A DNA stretch of 64,000 bases, from positions 3,525 to 67,524 of the forward strand of contig JAZUEN010000085.1 of assembly GCA_045640185.1 (NCBI GenBank). The letters run 5' to 3'. Source of the stretch: Bacteroidales bacterium (GTDB lineage: Bacteria > Bacteroidota > Bacteroidia > Bacteroidales > SZUA-534). The notes beneath the pieces are model-generated. The model did not search any database, was not told the origin of the DNA, and worked only from the letters and a program-made list of their open reading frames with translations. Shown in pieces: positions 17,807 to 27,473 of this stretch (the stretch's first letter is position 1; every line of letters starts with the position of its first letter). Both the position numbers and the translations under genes were made by a program.

Positions 17807-19339
17807 TTACTTTATTGGCAATGTATCAATTGCCTTGTTGATTCGAGCAAGTGTCTCTTCCTTTCCGATAAACTCACAAATGTCGAATATGCTTGGACCT
17901 TGGCTGATTCCCAGAACAGCAATGCGCAAAGTATTCATCAGCTGTCCCATTGAAAGCTGATTGTCCATAATCCACTGATGAATTTCCGGTTCTGTTTCAG
18001 CTGACGTGATCTTTTCACATTCCGAAAGTCTCGAGGCTAGCTTTTTCAGGTTATCAACATTCTCTTGCCTCCAAAACTTGTTTACCGATTTTTCATCAAA
18101 CTGTCCCGGTGCCATAAACATATATTCTGTCAATGGAAGCAAGTCTTTAGGGAATGTGGCCCTTTCCTTAATCAGAGATACGGCTTTGGCAGCGCGTTCC
18201 AAAGTTGTGCTGACGCCCTTTTCCGAAAGCATTGACAATAGCAAACCTCCCAAATAGGCGTCATCGCAATGGCGGATATACTGTGCATTGAACCATTTTG
18301 CCTTTTCAGGATTGAAACGTGCGCCCGCCTTGCTTACCTTTTCAAGAGAGAACGAAGCAATCAACTCATCCATTGAGAACAGTTCCTGCTCGGTACCTGG
18401 ATTCCAACCCAAAAGAGCCAACATATTGATGAATGCCTGTGGAAGATAACCATCCTCGCGGTATCCTGACGAAACCTCGCCGTTTGGTGCCACCCAACGC
18501 AATGGGAACACAGGGAACCCGAACTTGTCGCCGTCGCGCTTGCTCAACTTGCCTTGACCTTGTGGCTTGAGAAGCAACGGCAGATGAGCGAATTCAGGCT
18601 GTGTATCGGTCCAGCCAAATGCACGATACAGCAAATAGTGCAAAGGCAACGACGGCAACCACTCCTCACCACGAATGACGTGCGTAATCTCCATCAAATG
18701 GTCGTCGACGATGTTGGCCAAATGGTAAGTCGGCAACTGGTCGGCTGACTTGTATAGCACCTTGTCGTCAAGAGTTGATGTGTTTATGGTTATATGTCCA
18801 CGGATGATATCGTCCATCTCAACATTCTCGTTTTCAGGCATCTTGAAACGGACAACCCATTGGTCGCCACGCTCGATGCGTTGCTTAACCTCATCGGCCG
18901 ACAACTTCAGCGATGTCTCCAACTGATTGCGCACCTGATAGTTGTAGGCAAATGTCAGACCTTTCGATTCGGCATCCTTGCGCATTGCGTCAAGCGACTC
19001 GGCCGAATCGAATGCATAATATGCATTGCCGGAATCGACAAGTTGTTGTGCATATTTCAGATAAATAGCGCGACGCTCACTTTGGCGGTATGGTGCGTGC
19101 GGGCCACCCTGCTCGACACCTTCATCAGTCTTGATACCGCACCATTTCAGTGCCTCAATTATATAGGCCTCGGCTCCAGGAACGAATCGCTGTGAATCGG
19201 TATCCTCTATGCGGAGAATGAAATCGCCCCCATTCTTGCGGGCGAACAGATAATTGTAAAGGGCGGTGCGGACTCCACCAATGTGAAGTGCTCCTGTGGG
19301 ACTTGGCGCAAAGCGCACTCTTACACGACGGTTTGTCAT
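17807..19339 (-). CDS. gltX: glutamate--tRNA ligase
   Basis: RVRFAPSPTGALHIGGVRTALYNYLFA (HIGH region) and KLSKR (KMSKS-type) motif, 510 aa. Confidence 0.95.
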   Translation of the reverse strand: MTNRRVRVRFAPSPTGALHIGGVRTALYNYLFARKNGGDFILRIEDTDSQRFVPGAEAYIIEALKWCGIKTDEGVEQGGPHAPYRQSERRAIYLKYAQQLVDSGNAYYAFDSAESLDAMRKDAESKGLTFAYNYQVRNQLETSLKLSADEVKQRIERGDQWVVRFKMPENENVEMDDIIRGHITINTSTLDDKVLYKSADQLPTYHLANIVDDHLMEITHVIRGEEWLPSLPLHYLLYRAFGWTDTQPEFAHLPLLLKPQGQGKLSKRDGDKFGFPVFPLRWVAPNGEVSSGYREDGYLPQAFINMLALLGWNPGTEQELFSMDELIASFSLEKVSKAGARFNPEKAKWFNAQYIRHCDDAYLGGLLLSMLSEKGVSTTLERAAKAVSLIKERATFPKDLLPLTEYMFMAPGQFDEKSVNKFWRQENVDNLKKLASRLSECEKITSAETEPEIHQWIMDNQLSMGQLMNTLRIAVLGISQGPSIFDICEFIGKEETLARINKAIDTLPIK

Positions 19340-19350
19340 AGTTACACGTT

Positions 19351-19387
19351 TTTATCTAAAACAAAAAAAGCTGCCTTTCTGCAGCTT
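19351..19387 (-). terminator. hairpin + U-run terminator between tRNA-Glu and gltX
   Basis: On the minus strand, aagctgc agaaag gcagctt is followed by TTTTTGTTTT. Only about 18 nt remain before the gltX ATG. Confidence 0.65.
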
Positions 19388-19390
19388 GTG

Positions 19391-19462
19391 TAGTCGATAG
19401 GAGAATCGAACTCCTATTTAGAGATTGAGAATCTCTCGTCCTAACCGTTAGACGAATCGACC
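19391..19462 (-). tRNA. tRNA-Glu (anticodon CUC)
   Basis: A hand-folded 72-nt cloverleaf. The acceptor stem is GGTCGAT/ATCGACT (G1-U72 wobble) and the D arm is GTCT-AACGGTTA-GGAC. The anticodon arm is AGAGA-TTCTCAA-TCTCT, the variable loop is 4 nt, and the T arm is AGGAG-TTCGATT-CTCCT. CCA is not encoded. Confidence 0.85.
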
Positions 19463-19543
19463 GGTTATGTTTTACGGGTGCAAAAGTAGGCAAAATTTAT
19501 TCTCTTGCAACACTACTCCATTTATTTGAAAAAATATTTTCAC

Positions 19544-19581
19544 AAAAAAAAAACGACAACTGCGATCAATTGCCGTTTTTT
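19544..19581 (-). terminator. imperfect hairpin flanked by A- and T-runs, after the 78-aa gene
   Basis: Minus strand: aaaaaacggcaattgatcgcagttgtcg followed by a T10 run. The stem has two mismatches. Confidence 0.5.
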
Positions 19582-19598
19582 GATGTCTTTAGATTATA

Positions 19599-19835
19599 TC
19601 ACTTTGATTTTATCATGTCAATAATCTCATCCAAACTCTTTTTTGAATTTGGCATCACAGTTTCTGGAACGGGCTTGCCTGTTGCTGTTGCAGCCAAATA
19701 GCGCTTACATTCCTTATACTTACCTGGCACCAGACAATACATATTTCTATAGGCGACTCCTGTATAATCATTAACCAAAACGCCCTTCACGAAAATTGGG
19801 CATTTATCCAACTTTCCACATACATCATTTTCCAT
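19599..19835 (-). CDS. small Cys-containing hypothetical protein (78 aa)
   Basis: ATG start with Cys at positions 6, 12, 34 and 43 and a Lys-rich C-terminus. Bounded by its own terminator. No family recognised. Confidence 0.5.
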   Translation of the reverse strand: MENDVCGKLDKCPIFVKGVLVNDYTGVAYRNMYCLVPGKYKECKRYLAATATGKPVPETVMPNSKKSLDEIIDMIKSK

Positions 19836-19906
19836 AACTCAATAATTTTTCAAAAAACACTACCCATATACGCTTATCACAACATTTTTGTTTCAATTAA
19901 TGCGAA

Positions 19907-21301
19907 TTATTTTTCTCCAGAAAACATTGGATCCCACGCCGGCAATCTTATTGGTTTCATTTTAAGCATAGTTAAAATCTTTGGGGAACAATATTTTTTA
20001 TTTACCACAACCCTGAACATATACTCATCAAACCATTCATCTGTCATGATAAGATGTCCTTTATAGCCATAATCGCCACCCCAGCTATTCTGCAATTTCC
20101 ATTTTGCCGGCTTTCCTTCGGCATTCAAATCGACTGCCACTAATGTCATTGCGTGGCTCGATCCGCTGTCGAACGTCAAAATGCGTTGTTTTTTAGTCAT
20201 GCCGAATGTCGTGCCGAATAAGCTGGAATAGTCGTAATTATCAATATCCAACATCCCGTTTTTGCTGTTCAGGCATTTTGCCACATCGCAGCTAAAATAC
20301 ATTGCCGAAGAATCTTTAAGGCTTGCTATCACTGGAGCTTTCAAGTCTTCAACATCCAAATTGAGATATAGCCAATTGTGGCCTTCGTAAAGATGTCTGT
20401 CGCAATCTATCTCATACACTTGATTATATGGGCGCGACGGGTCGTTCATCAGCATGACATAATCAGAATACAGGTTCTCATCGGTTCCATAGATATAATG
20501 GTAGAATTCGAGTGGTGTGTATGTTTTAGGCTCGTTTTTCGCCTTGCCATTGCTGTCTTTCGGTGCCCAAGTGAACTGCGTCACAGGCTCGCCGTAAGCC
20601 ATCACCAATATCCGATAGACAGTCTTCAGCTGCTCCACCTTGAGTTGTTCAAGCGACTCTTGAGAAACACCGCTTTCTGCCTTTTCTCGCAGAACTATGC
20701 CAAATTCTCGCAACTTGCGTTTCAATATATTGTCAATTTCCGAGGTGTTGTCGCTATTGTATGTTTCCGCCATAATATCCTGAGGAACAAGGCCATATTT
20801 CATTACCAAATCGGCTACGCCGGCATAGGTTCCGCCATCGCTCAACGGATTTTGGAAAAGCCACCTTACCATCTGGTCGTCAATAGGCTTTGCCCTTGTG
20901 TCGATTATGCACTGAAGGAACAGATTACTCTTTTCGAGCTGGTCATAAAAGAATAGGTAAATGTTGCTGAAAAAGAAGTCGCTGATATCAAACTTCTTCA
21001 TTGCTTTTGCACGCAAGACGTTCATTCCGGAGAACAGCCAGCAACGGCCACTACTGCATTGGTCTGAAATGCCACTGTATGGCACTTCTACGCTAAAATA
21101 CGTGTCTGGCGTTGACGTATTCTCCTGATTTAGCGCCAGTGCTTTCAGCGAATTGGCACTGACAGCATTGCGCAATGCCTTATCGGTTGGAGAATTGGCA
21201 TAACTTCCTTTCAGCAACTGTAACACCTGTGGCGTTATAGCCTCTTGCGCCATTGCCGACATGGCAAATAAAGCGGAGATTGTCAGTATTAACTGTTTCA
21301 T
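19907..21301 (-). CDS. C1B-family cysteine aminopeptidase (PepC / bleomycin-hydrolase-like), secreted form
   Basis: Catalytic context QCSSGRCWLFSGMN, plus SHAMTLVAVD and QNSWG. Has an N-terminal signal peptide. Confidence 0.85.
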   Translation of the reverse strand: MKQLILTISALFAMSAMAQEAITPQVLQLLKGSYANSPTDKALRNAVSANSLKALALNQENTSTPDTYFSVEVPYSGISDQCSSGRCWLFSGMNVLRAKAMKKFDISDFFFSNIYLFFYDQLEKSNLFLQCIIDTRAKPIDDQMVRWLFQNPLSDGGTYAGVADLVMKYGLVPQDIMAETYNSDNTSEIDNILKRKLREFGIVLREKAESGVSQESLEQLKVEQLKTVYRILVMAYGEPVTQFTWAPKDSNGKAKNEPKTYTPLEFYHYIYGTDENLYSDYVMLMNDPSRPYNQVYEIDCDRHLYEGHNWLYLNLDVEDLKAPVIASLKDSSAMYFSCDVAKCLNSKNGMLDIDNYDYSSLFGTTFGMTKKQRILTFDSGSSHAMTLVAVDLNAEGKPAKWKLQNSWGGDYGYKGHLIMTDEWFDEYMFRVVVNKKYCSPKILTMLKMKPIRLPAWDPMFSGEK

Positions 21302-21424
21302 TTTATGATAGTATGATAATTCAACGGATTCAAACTTAATTCATTTTTCATATTGAATTGCAAAACTTTCGTCTTTTTTCATTCAGCGCTGTAGATTATT
21401 TTTGCGCCCACAAAAAAAAGACAG

Positions 21425-22417
21425 ATGTCGCAACTGCAAGATTTTTTCAATTACGTATGGCATAGGGGCAAGAACTCGTGCATCACGCTCTTCAAGTTTA
21501 TGATTCCCGTATCCATTCTGATTCGGTTCATTCAGCAATGGGGGCTCTTGTCGTATATATGCGATTTTCTTGAACCGATAATGGGCATTGTAGGGTTGCC
21601 CGCCGAAACCGCGATAGTATGGCTCACGACAATGGTTGTTAGCATCTACGGCGGATTCCTCACGCTATTCAGCATCTATCCTTCAATGGAGCCTATGACA
21701 GTGGCGCAAATGACAACTTTGTTTACAATGATGCTGGTGGCACATACTTTCCCAATCGAAATCACCATCTCGCAAAAGACTGGAATCAAAGGCTGGGTGA
21801 TGACCTCCATACGATTTGGATTTGCAATAGTACTTGGAATGATTATGTCGAGGATGTACAACGCTATCGGCGCATTGCAAGAGGAAGCCACCATATCGCC
21901 ATTCCTTACCACATCGCAGACATCGTGGGGCGCCTGGGCAATAAACGAGATAAAGAACTATGGAGTAATAACTTGCGTAATATTCACACTTGTAATCTTC
22001 TTGCATCTGCTTGATGTAACTGGACTAATAAAGATAGTGAACAAGGTTATGGAACCGACACTCAAATGGCTTGGAATTAGCAAGAAAGTGCTTCCGATAA
22101 CCATCATCGGACTCACTTTGGGCATTGCTTATGGTGGCGGACTGCTGATTGAGGAAAGCAAGCAAAAGGACATCGACATAAAAGGCATCTTCTACTCAAT
22201 GACTCTGATGGGGCTGTTTCACAGCATAATAGAGGACACGATACTGATGCTTTCAATGGGCGGTCACTGGACTGGCGTGGTGCTGTTCAGGTTCATTTTC
22301 GCCTGCACAATAACATTCGTGTTTGTCAAATGCACCAATAATATTCCTATCGAACGCTTTTCAAAACTGTTTATGACAAAGGATATGCAAAGACGTGCCA
22401 CCCAGCAAATTTCGTAA
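21425..22417 (+). CDS. nucleoside-recognition (Gate) domain membrane protein
   Basis: Polytopic 330-aa protein. LEPIMGIVGLPAETAIVWLTTMVVSIYGG resembles the Gate-domain motif. Confidence 0.55.
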   Translation: MSQLQDFFNYVWHRGKNSCITLFKFMIPVSILIRFIQQWGLLSYICDFLEPIMGIVGLPAETAIVWLTTMVVSIYGGFLTLFSIYPSMEPMTVAQMTTLFTMMLVAHTFPIEITISQKTGIKGWVMTSIRFGFAIVLGMIMSRMYNAIGALQEEATISPFLTTSQTSWGAWAINEIKNYGVITCVIFTLVIFLHLLDVTGLIKIVNKVMEPTLKWLGISKKVLPITIIGLTLGIAYGGGLLIEESKQKDIDIKGIFYSMTLMGLFHSIIEDTILMLSMGGHWTGVVLFRFIFACTITFVFVKCTNNIPIERFSKLFMTKDMQRRATQQIS

Positions 22418-22419
22418 TT

Positions 22420-22914
22420 ATGGCAAAATATGTATGGCTATTCCCTATCTTATTTATGGTTCACGACTTGGAAGAGTTGATAGGCCTGAAATGGTGGCTT
22501 GACAAGAACCTCGACATTCTCCAAAAACGCTTTCCGAAAATTGCGGGCAAATTTGCAGGTTACAATACTGAAGGCATGGCACTTGCCGTACTTGAGGAAT
22601 TTCTGCTTTGCCTTGCGATATGCGGATGCGCGCTGTCACTCGACAAGACTTGGCTATGGTGTTTCTGGTGGGGAACATTTATGGCATACACAATACATCT
22701 GGTAATCCACATAGGCCAAAGCATTGTTTTGCGGAAATACGTTCCGTGCCTGATTACAAGCATAATATGCCTACCAATCAGCATTTACATACTGGCAGAA
22801 ACGATGTCAATAATAGATGCAGGAATAGCACAAATGGTTGTTTACAGCATTATCGGACTTGCGGTTGTAGGAACAAACCTGCTTTTTGCACAAAAGTTGA
22901 TTCGAGTGCTATAG
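22420..22914 (+). CDS. HXXEE-domain membrane protein
   Basis: The N-terminal helix ends in HDLEE. Four to five TM segments. Starts 2 nt after the previous stop. Confidence 0.65.
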   Translation: MAKYVWLFPILFMVHDLEELIGLKWWLDKNLDILQKRFPKIAGKFAGYNTEGMALAVLEEFLLCLAICGCALSLDKTWLWCFWWGTFMAYTIHLVIHIGQSIVLRKYVPCLITSIICLPISIYILAETMSIIDAGIAQMVVYSIIGLAVVGTNLLFAQKLIRVL

Positions 22915-22931
22915 TCGCAAACAACGTGCGA

Positions 22932-25370
22932 CTAAAAGTTAATTGACAGTTTCACATTGAACCTACGGCCTGTCAACGAGTTCTCTACTGCATACTGACG
23001 GTTGTTAAAATCTGTCACCCACTCGTATGAAGCGACGTTCTGGCGGTCGATGACGTTCAGTATTTCGGCACAAATCCACGCTTCCTTCACATAATAGAAC
23101 AGACTGCTTTTAGTATATGTCTTGGAACTGTTTTTCAGACTCTTGGAAAATCCCAAATCGACACGCTGATACGACTGCATACGGCCAGTAGCCATATATC
23201 TTGGCGAGTTAGGCGGTCCGAACGGCAACTTTGAGCCAAAGTTGATTTGCAAGTGCACCTTATAATCTGGGTTGCCAGGGAAATAATCCTGAAAGAACAT
23301 ACTGATATTCAGACGCTGGTCGGTTGGACGAGGAATGTAGCCTGGATGTGTCTCGTACTGGTTTCCATCGGCATCGGTCTTGACCCACACATCGTTTCGG
23401 ATATCTTCCTCGGTCTGCATAAGTGATAGGCTGAACCACGAATCGACTCCTTTGACAAACTCACCGTTGACCTTCATATCGAGGCCTACAGCATATCCAT
23501 CGGCATCATTCTGGCCCGAATAAATAGTACGCAGATTGTCAACCTGATACGAAATCAAATCAGTCATACGCTTGTAATACAATTCGGCAATAAACTTGAA
23601 CGGACGATTCCACGCAGTGAAATTCATATCGGCGCCCGCAACAAAATGGATTGATTTCTGTGCCTTGATATCGTGATTAATATGTCCACCGGGCAAGCGC
23701 ATCTCCTTATAAAAAGGTGACTGATAGTAATATCCTGCCGACAATTTAAATAGAATGTCACGCTTCCAATTAGGCTTGTAGGAAAGGCTGGCTCGTGGCG
23801 ACACCAAAAGTTCGTCATTGAAGTCCCAGTAATTGGCTCTGACACCCAATGTAAGGTGCATGTCGGACGAATCGAGCTTGAAGGAAAAGACATCTTGAAC
23901 GTATGCCGTAAAACGTGAAGAAGACACGTCGTTTTTTGCACGCAGGAAATAGTTCATGTTGACCGAAGTGTCGGAATGAGGCATAGAGTAGCCAGCAGAA
24001 TCAATCATTGTCCATTCCGAAAGGTTGTCGTTTATCTCCTGGCGGGAAAATGTCAACCCCCAATTGACGAAATGCTGTTCGACACTCAACATGCCCTTAT
24101 GTTCGATAGTGTACACATTGGCATTCAGATAATTGCGACCGTGGTTACGGAATGCGCCTATGCCCACGGTACTGACACTGTCGCCATAGGAGCCGGACCC
24201 CACGGCGTTATCGACTTCATTGATAAAGTATTCGCTCAAGACATCGAACGTCTCGCTCTCTTTTGTACTAAAAGCCGACGCCGTAACTTTCAGGCTAAAA
24301 TCATCGTTGGCTTTATAATCTGCCGAAACCGCACCCATGTAAGTATAAAACGCATCGCTCTCGCTTCCCTCGAAAAACATGCGCAGCTCCATCGGCTGAT
24401 TCATAAGGCCGAACTTTGTACGGCGGTTGCGTGGCGTGAAATTGTAAACGTTAGTTGAGCAGTTTCCGAGAAATCCCAATTCAACTTTGCTTGTCAAGTC
24501 AAAAGACCAATAAGTCTGGAAATCGAGAAATTTGGGATCATAGTCGCCTGATGTTTCCAGAGAATTCAACAAATATTTAGTCGTCTTGTATCTTAAGCCT
24601 GAAATATGGTGGAACCTATGGTTGAAACTGTCGCCATGAACCATTACCGAACCGCCGAACAAACTGCCGGAAGCTGTTCCGCCCCATCCGCTCGGACGCT
24701 TGTACTTGATGTCCAAAACCGATGACATCTTGTCGCCATATTTGGCATCAAAACCGCCTGCCGAGAAAAGCAGTGACGACACCATGTCGCTATTGACGAA
24801 GCTCAACCCTTCCTGTTCACCCGAACGCACCAAAAACGGACGGTAAACCTCAATGCCATTGACATAAACAAGATTCTCGTCGAAGCTGCCGCCACGTACA
24901 GAATACTGCGAGCTCATCTCGTTGTTTGAAGCCACGCCCGGCATCGTCTTTATCAGGCTTTCAATGCTACCCGACGCATCTGGCAATACGCTCATTACTT
25001 TAGGATTGAGACGGGTCAATGTGCTCTTGCGAACCTGCACATCCTCAACTGTCACTTGCTCCAATTCCTGTGAAGTGGCAACCAAAGCCACGTCCAATTT
25101 GCGTTGCTGACCTTCGGCCAGCAAAACCTCCTCCCATTGCGTCTGGTATCCCAATACGGAAAAAGAGACATACAGCGACTTTCCCGCCGGCAACTGTAGA
25201 CGATACTCGCCATTGATATCGGTTATCGTGCCTTTGGAATTGCCTTTCAAAACAACATTCGCAAACTCAATGGGCTCGCCCGACTGGTTTGTGACCTTGC
25301 CGTAGATGCAAGTCTGCGCATGAGCCACACTAGTGACCAAAACCAGAATTGCCAACAACAATGTTCTCAC
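22932..25370 (-). CDS. TonB-dependent-receptor-like outer-membrane barrel with CarboxypepD_reg N-terminal domain
   Basis: A signal peptide followed by IYGKVTNQSGEPIEFANVVLKG..TDINGEYRL (carboxypeptidase regulatory-like fold), a plug-like region, and a long beta-rich body ending ..FNVKLSINF. Confidence 0.8.
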   Translation of the reverse strand: MRTLLLAILVLVTSVAHAQTCIYGKVTNQSGEPIEFANVVLKGNSKGTITDINGEYRLQLPAGKSLYVSFSVLGYQTQWEEVLLAEGQQRKLDVALVATSQELEQVTVEDVQVRKSTLTRLNPKVMSVLPDASGSIESLIKTMPGVASNNEMSSQYSVRGGSFDENLVYVNGIEVYRPFLVRSGEQEGLSFVNSDMVSSLLFSAGGFDAKYGDKMSSVLDIKYKRPSGWGGTASGSLFGGSVMVHGDSFNHRFHHISGLRYKTTKYLLNSLETSGDYDPKFLDFQTYWSFDLTSKVELGFLGNCSTNVYNFTPRNRRTKFGLMNQPMELRMFFEGSESDAFYTYMGAVSADYKANDDFSLKVTASAFSTKESETFDVLSEYFINEVDNAVGSGSYGDSVSTVGIGAFRNHGRNYLNANVYTIEHKGMLSVEQHFVNWGLTFSRQEINDNLSEWTMIDSAGYSMPHSDTSVNMNYFLRAKNDVSSSRFTAYVQDVFSFKLDSSDMHLTLGVRANYWDFNDELLVSPRASLSYKPNWKRDILFKLSAGYYYQSPFYKEMRLPGGHINHDIKAQKSIHFVAGADMNFTAWNRPFKFIAELYYKRMTDLISYQVDNLRTIYSGQNDADGYAVGLDMKVNGEFVKGVDSWFSLSLMQTEEDIRNDVWVKTDADGNQYETHPGYIPRPTDQRLNISMFFQDYFPGNPDYKVHLQINFGSKLPFGPPNSPRYMATGRMQSYQRVDLGFSKSLKNSSKTYTKSSLFYYVKEAWICAEILNVIDRQNVASYEWVTDFNNRQYAVENSLTGRRFNVKLSINF

Positions 25371-25455
25371 TGACGTTTTTTTTAATGAGTTGCAAAAATA
25401 ATCAATTGCCCTTACTGCCTACAAACTGAAATGAAACATTTTTATTGTTGGTTGA

Positions 25456-26607
25456 CTAAAATTTCATTGACTTTTCTATCAATTCGCACACCTTGGCATT
25501 GAAATTATGCTCATTTATTCCTGTTACACTTTCAAGTATATTGAAAAAACGCTGGCGTTCCTTGTTCATATTGCCACTCGACAAAAGTTTGACCACGGCA
25601 TCAAAACCTTGCTCCGCCTCAACCTGCTCAATAATCAATGCATTGACAAACTGCGTGATTAACAAATGTTTCTCTTTTGAATCACCGAAATTGAAACGCT
25701 CAAAATAGAGTTTCAACCAATCGGTTTCGGCATCATATTTCATATTTGCCTTGAACTTCGACTTGATTTCGTTCCAACTCATACCCCAACTTCCGCCATA
25801 CACATAACCGCCACCACAAACCATATAAGAATTTACGGCATCACTTTCTATGGCCAACGATGCACGAGAATGGAACAAATCGTGAGAATCGATACCTTCA
25901 TCTTTATATCTATTTGTGTAAAAATAAAATGCGACATCAGGGTATTCAAAGTCAACCATTGGCCAACTTGAGCCCACCGCATCACGTAAGTAATTAATTC
26001 CCAACAATCGAAACATCTGCATCAACGAGGTACCATTCTCACACAGAAACGCATTGGCAGGGTGAATCGCGCCAAATTTTCGGTCGAAGGACAAAGCAGT
26101 TTCCACATAACGTTCAGCCAACAATCTATCGGCATCATTGTTAAAATAGACATTTATTCCTTCACAACCGACCGTCTGCATAGCCTTCATATTCCTACTC
26201 AAAACGGACGAAAACAAGTATCTGCCTTCCAACTTTGTGGCGACAATCTCAAACAACGACAACAACTGGTCGCTGACAGCATTGACAATTGAAAGTTGGA
26301 CCAGGCAAGTATCAGCCGTCAAAGGCGCAATATCGACAATTGAAACGCGAACATTGGTATCTTCGACAGCTTTCTGCAATTCATCGCACAAAATCTCGAA
26401 TTGGGGCATAGAAAACGTCTTGTCGGCAGGCAGACACCAACCACTTTCAAAATTGGCATCAGCTAAATCGGTGCACAAGCCATTAATTCCCGTCAGCAGT
26501 GCCGAACTGTCAACTGACTGTGGCACATCAATATCCGTCGAGACATTAATTGCCATTGACGGGGCAAGCAAAAACATATTGAGAATTATTGCGATCAATC
26601 GGTTCAT
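25456..26607 (-). CDS. secreted hypothetical protein
   Basis: 383 aa with an N-terminal signal-like MNRLIAIILNMFLLAPSMA. Lies 85 nt upstream of the barrel gene on the same strand. No family recognised. Confidence 0.55.
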   Translation of the reverse strand: MNRLIAIILNMFLLAPSMAINVSTDIDVPQSVDSSALLTGINGLCTDLADANFESGWCLPADKTFSMPQFEILCDELQKAVEDTNVRVSIVDIAPLTADTCLVQLSIVNAVSDQLLSLFEIVATKLEGRYLFSSVLSRNMKAMQTVGCEGINVYFNNDADRLLAERYVETALSFDRKFGAIHPANAFLCENGTSLMQMFRLLGINYLRDAVGSSWPMVDFEYPDVAFYFYTNRYKDEGIDSHDLFHSRASLAIESDAVNSYMVCGGGYVYGGSWGMSWNEIKSKFKANMKYDAETDWLKLYFERFNFGDSKEKHLLITQFVNALIIEQVEAEQGFDAVVKLLSSGNMNKERQRFFNILESVTGINEHNFNAKVCELIEKSMKF

Positions 26608-26650
26608 TTTTTCAGATTTAATGAATAAATTAGTATAAAAAATTACGATT

Positions 26651-27061
26651 ATGGTTTCACAATTTCAAATCACATTGCCGAACTATCACAGAGGTTACCA
26701 CTTGATAACTGGTACAATAATAAAAAATCTTCCCGAATTACCAGAGCAAGGTCTACTGCATCTTATGATTCAGCACACTTCGGCGGGATTGTCGATAAAT
26801 GAGAACGCCGACCCATCGGTTCGCTCCGACTTTGAGTATTTCTTTGACAAACTGGTGCCCGAACGCGACCCTAACTACACCCACGACACTGAAGGCGACG
26901 ACGATATGCCTGCTCACATCAAGGCATCAATAATTGGTCCGTCGGTGACGATTCCTATCACCAACCACCAACTGAATCTTGGCACCTGGCAAGGCATCTA
27001 TCTTTGCGAATTCCGCAACTACGGTGGCAAGCGCAACATTGTGGGAACCATTTACAGTTAA
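26651..27061 (+). CDS. YjbQ/UPF0047-family protein (secondary thiamine-phosphate synthase-like)
   Basis: HTSAGLSINENADPSVRSD, DDDMPAHIKASIIGPS and LGTWQGIYLCEFR are the hallmark motifs of this family. Confidence 0.85.
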   Translation: MVSQFQITLPNYHRGYHLITGTIIKNLPELPEQGLLHLMIQHTSAGLSINENADPSVRSDFEYFFDKLVPERDPNYTHDTEGDDDMPAHIKASIIGPSVTIPITNHQLNLGTWQGIYLCEFRNYGGKRNIVGTIYS

Positions 27062-27179
27062 TCATCTGGGAATCACCGATGTCCGCCGACGTGAATTGAA
27101 CGCTGATTGAATGATTGACAAGTTTCAATTACCCAATTCAAGTTGGTTTCTGACAAGGTTGTAGTAGAACCAATCTTGA

Positions 27180-27470
27180 TCACTTGCGGTTAAGCACGCC
27201 TGTGTCGGAATCGCTGTTGTACTTGAGTTGTCTTACAGCAGACTTGCCCGCACCCCACCCGACATTGTAAATCAGGTTGACATACAGCATATTGGCATAA
27301 TCTTCAACCACTTGTGTCTTGTTTGAAGAAATAAGGTCGGAACCTATCACCTTGTTTATTTCCTTATTGCCCTTGTAAAATGGATACCTGACGGCTAAAG
27401 CCACGGTCAAGTCCTTGATTGAATTCGCAAGCCGAAACAAATCGTTTCTTGTACATTCAATGCAAAACAA
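27180..27470 (-). pseudogene. possible C-terminal remnant of a second OMP_b-brl_3-type barrel gene (96-codon ORF, TTG start only)
   Basis: The ORF is in the same frame as the upstream barrel gene, directly after TGA-TGA. Beta-strand-like segments end in ..NVGWGAGKSAVRQLKYNSDSD.., which resembles the tail ..NFAKGKDLDSQKILEISDYDD.. of the full-length gene. Confidence 0.3.
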
Positions 27471-27473
27471 TCA

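Noticed and set aside
17337-17960. 207-aa plus-strand ORF bridging the BatA_N gene and gltX.
   Set aside because: It is antisense to two confident genes and their spacer, and has no motifs.
19340-19390. T-box or other leader riboswitch controlling gltX.
   Set aside because: The spacer is only 51 nt and is fully accounted for by a simple terminator hairpin. T-box leaders are much longer.
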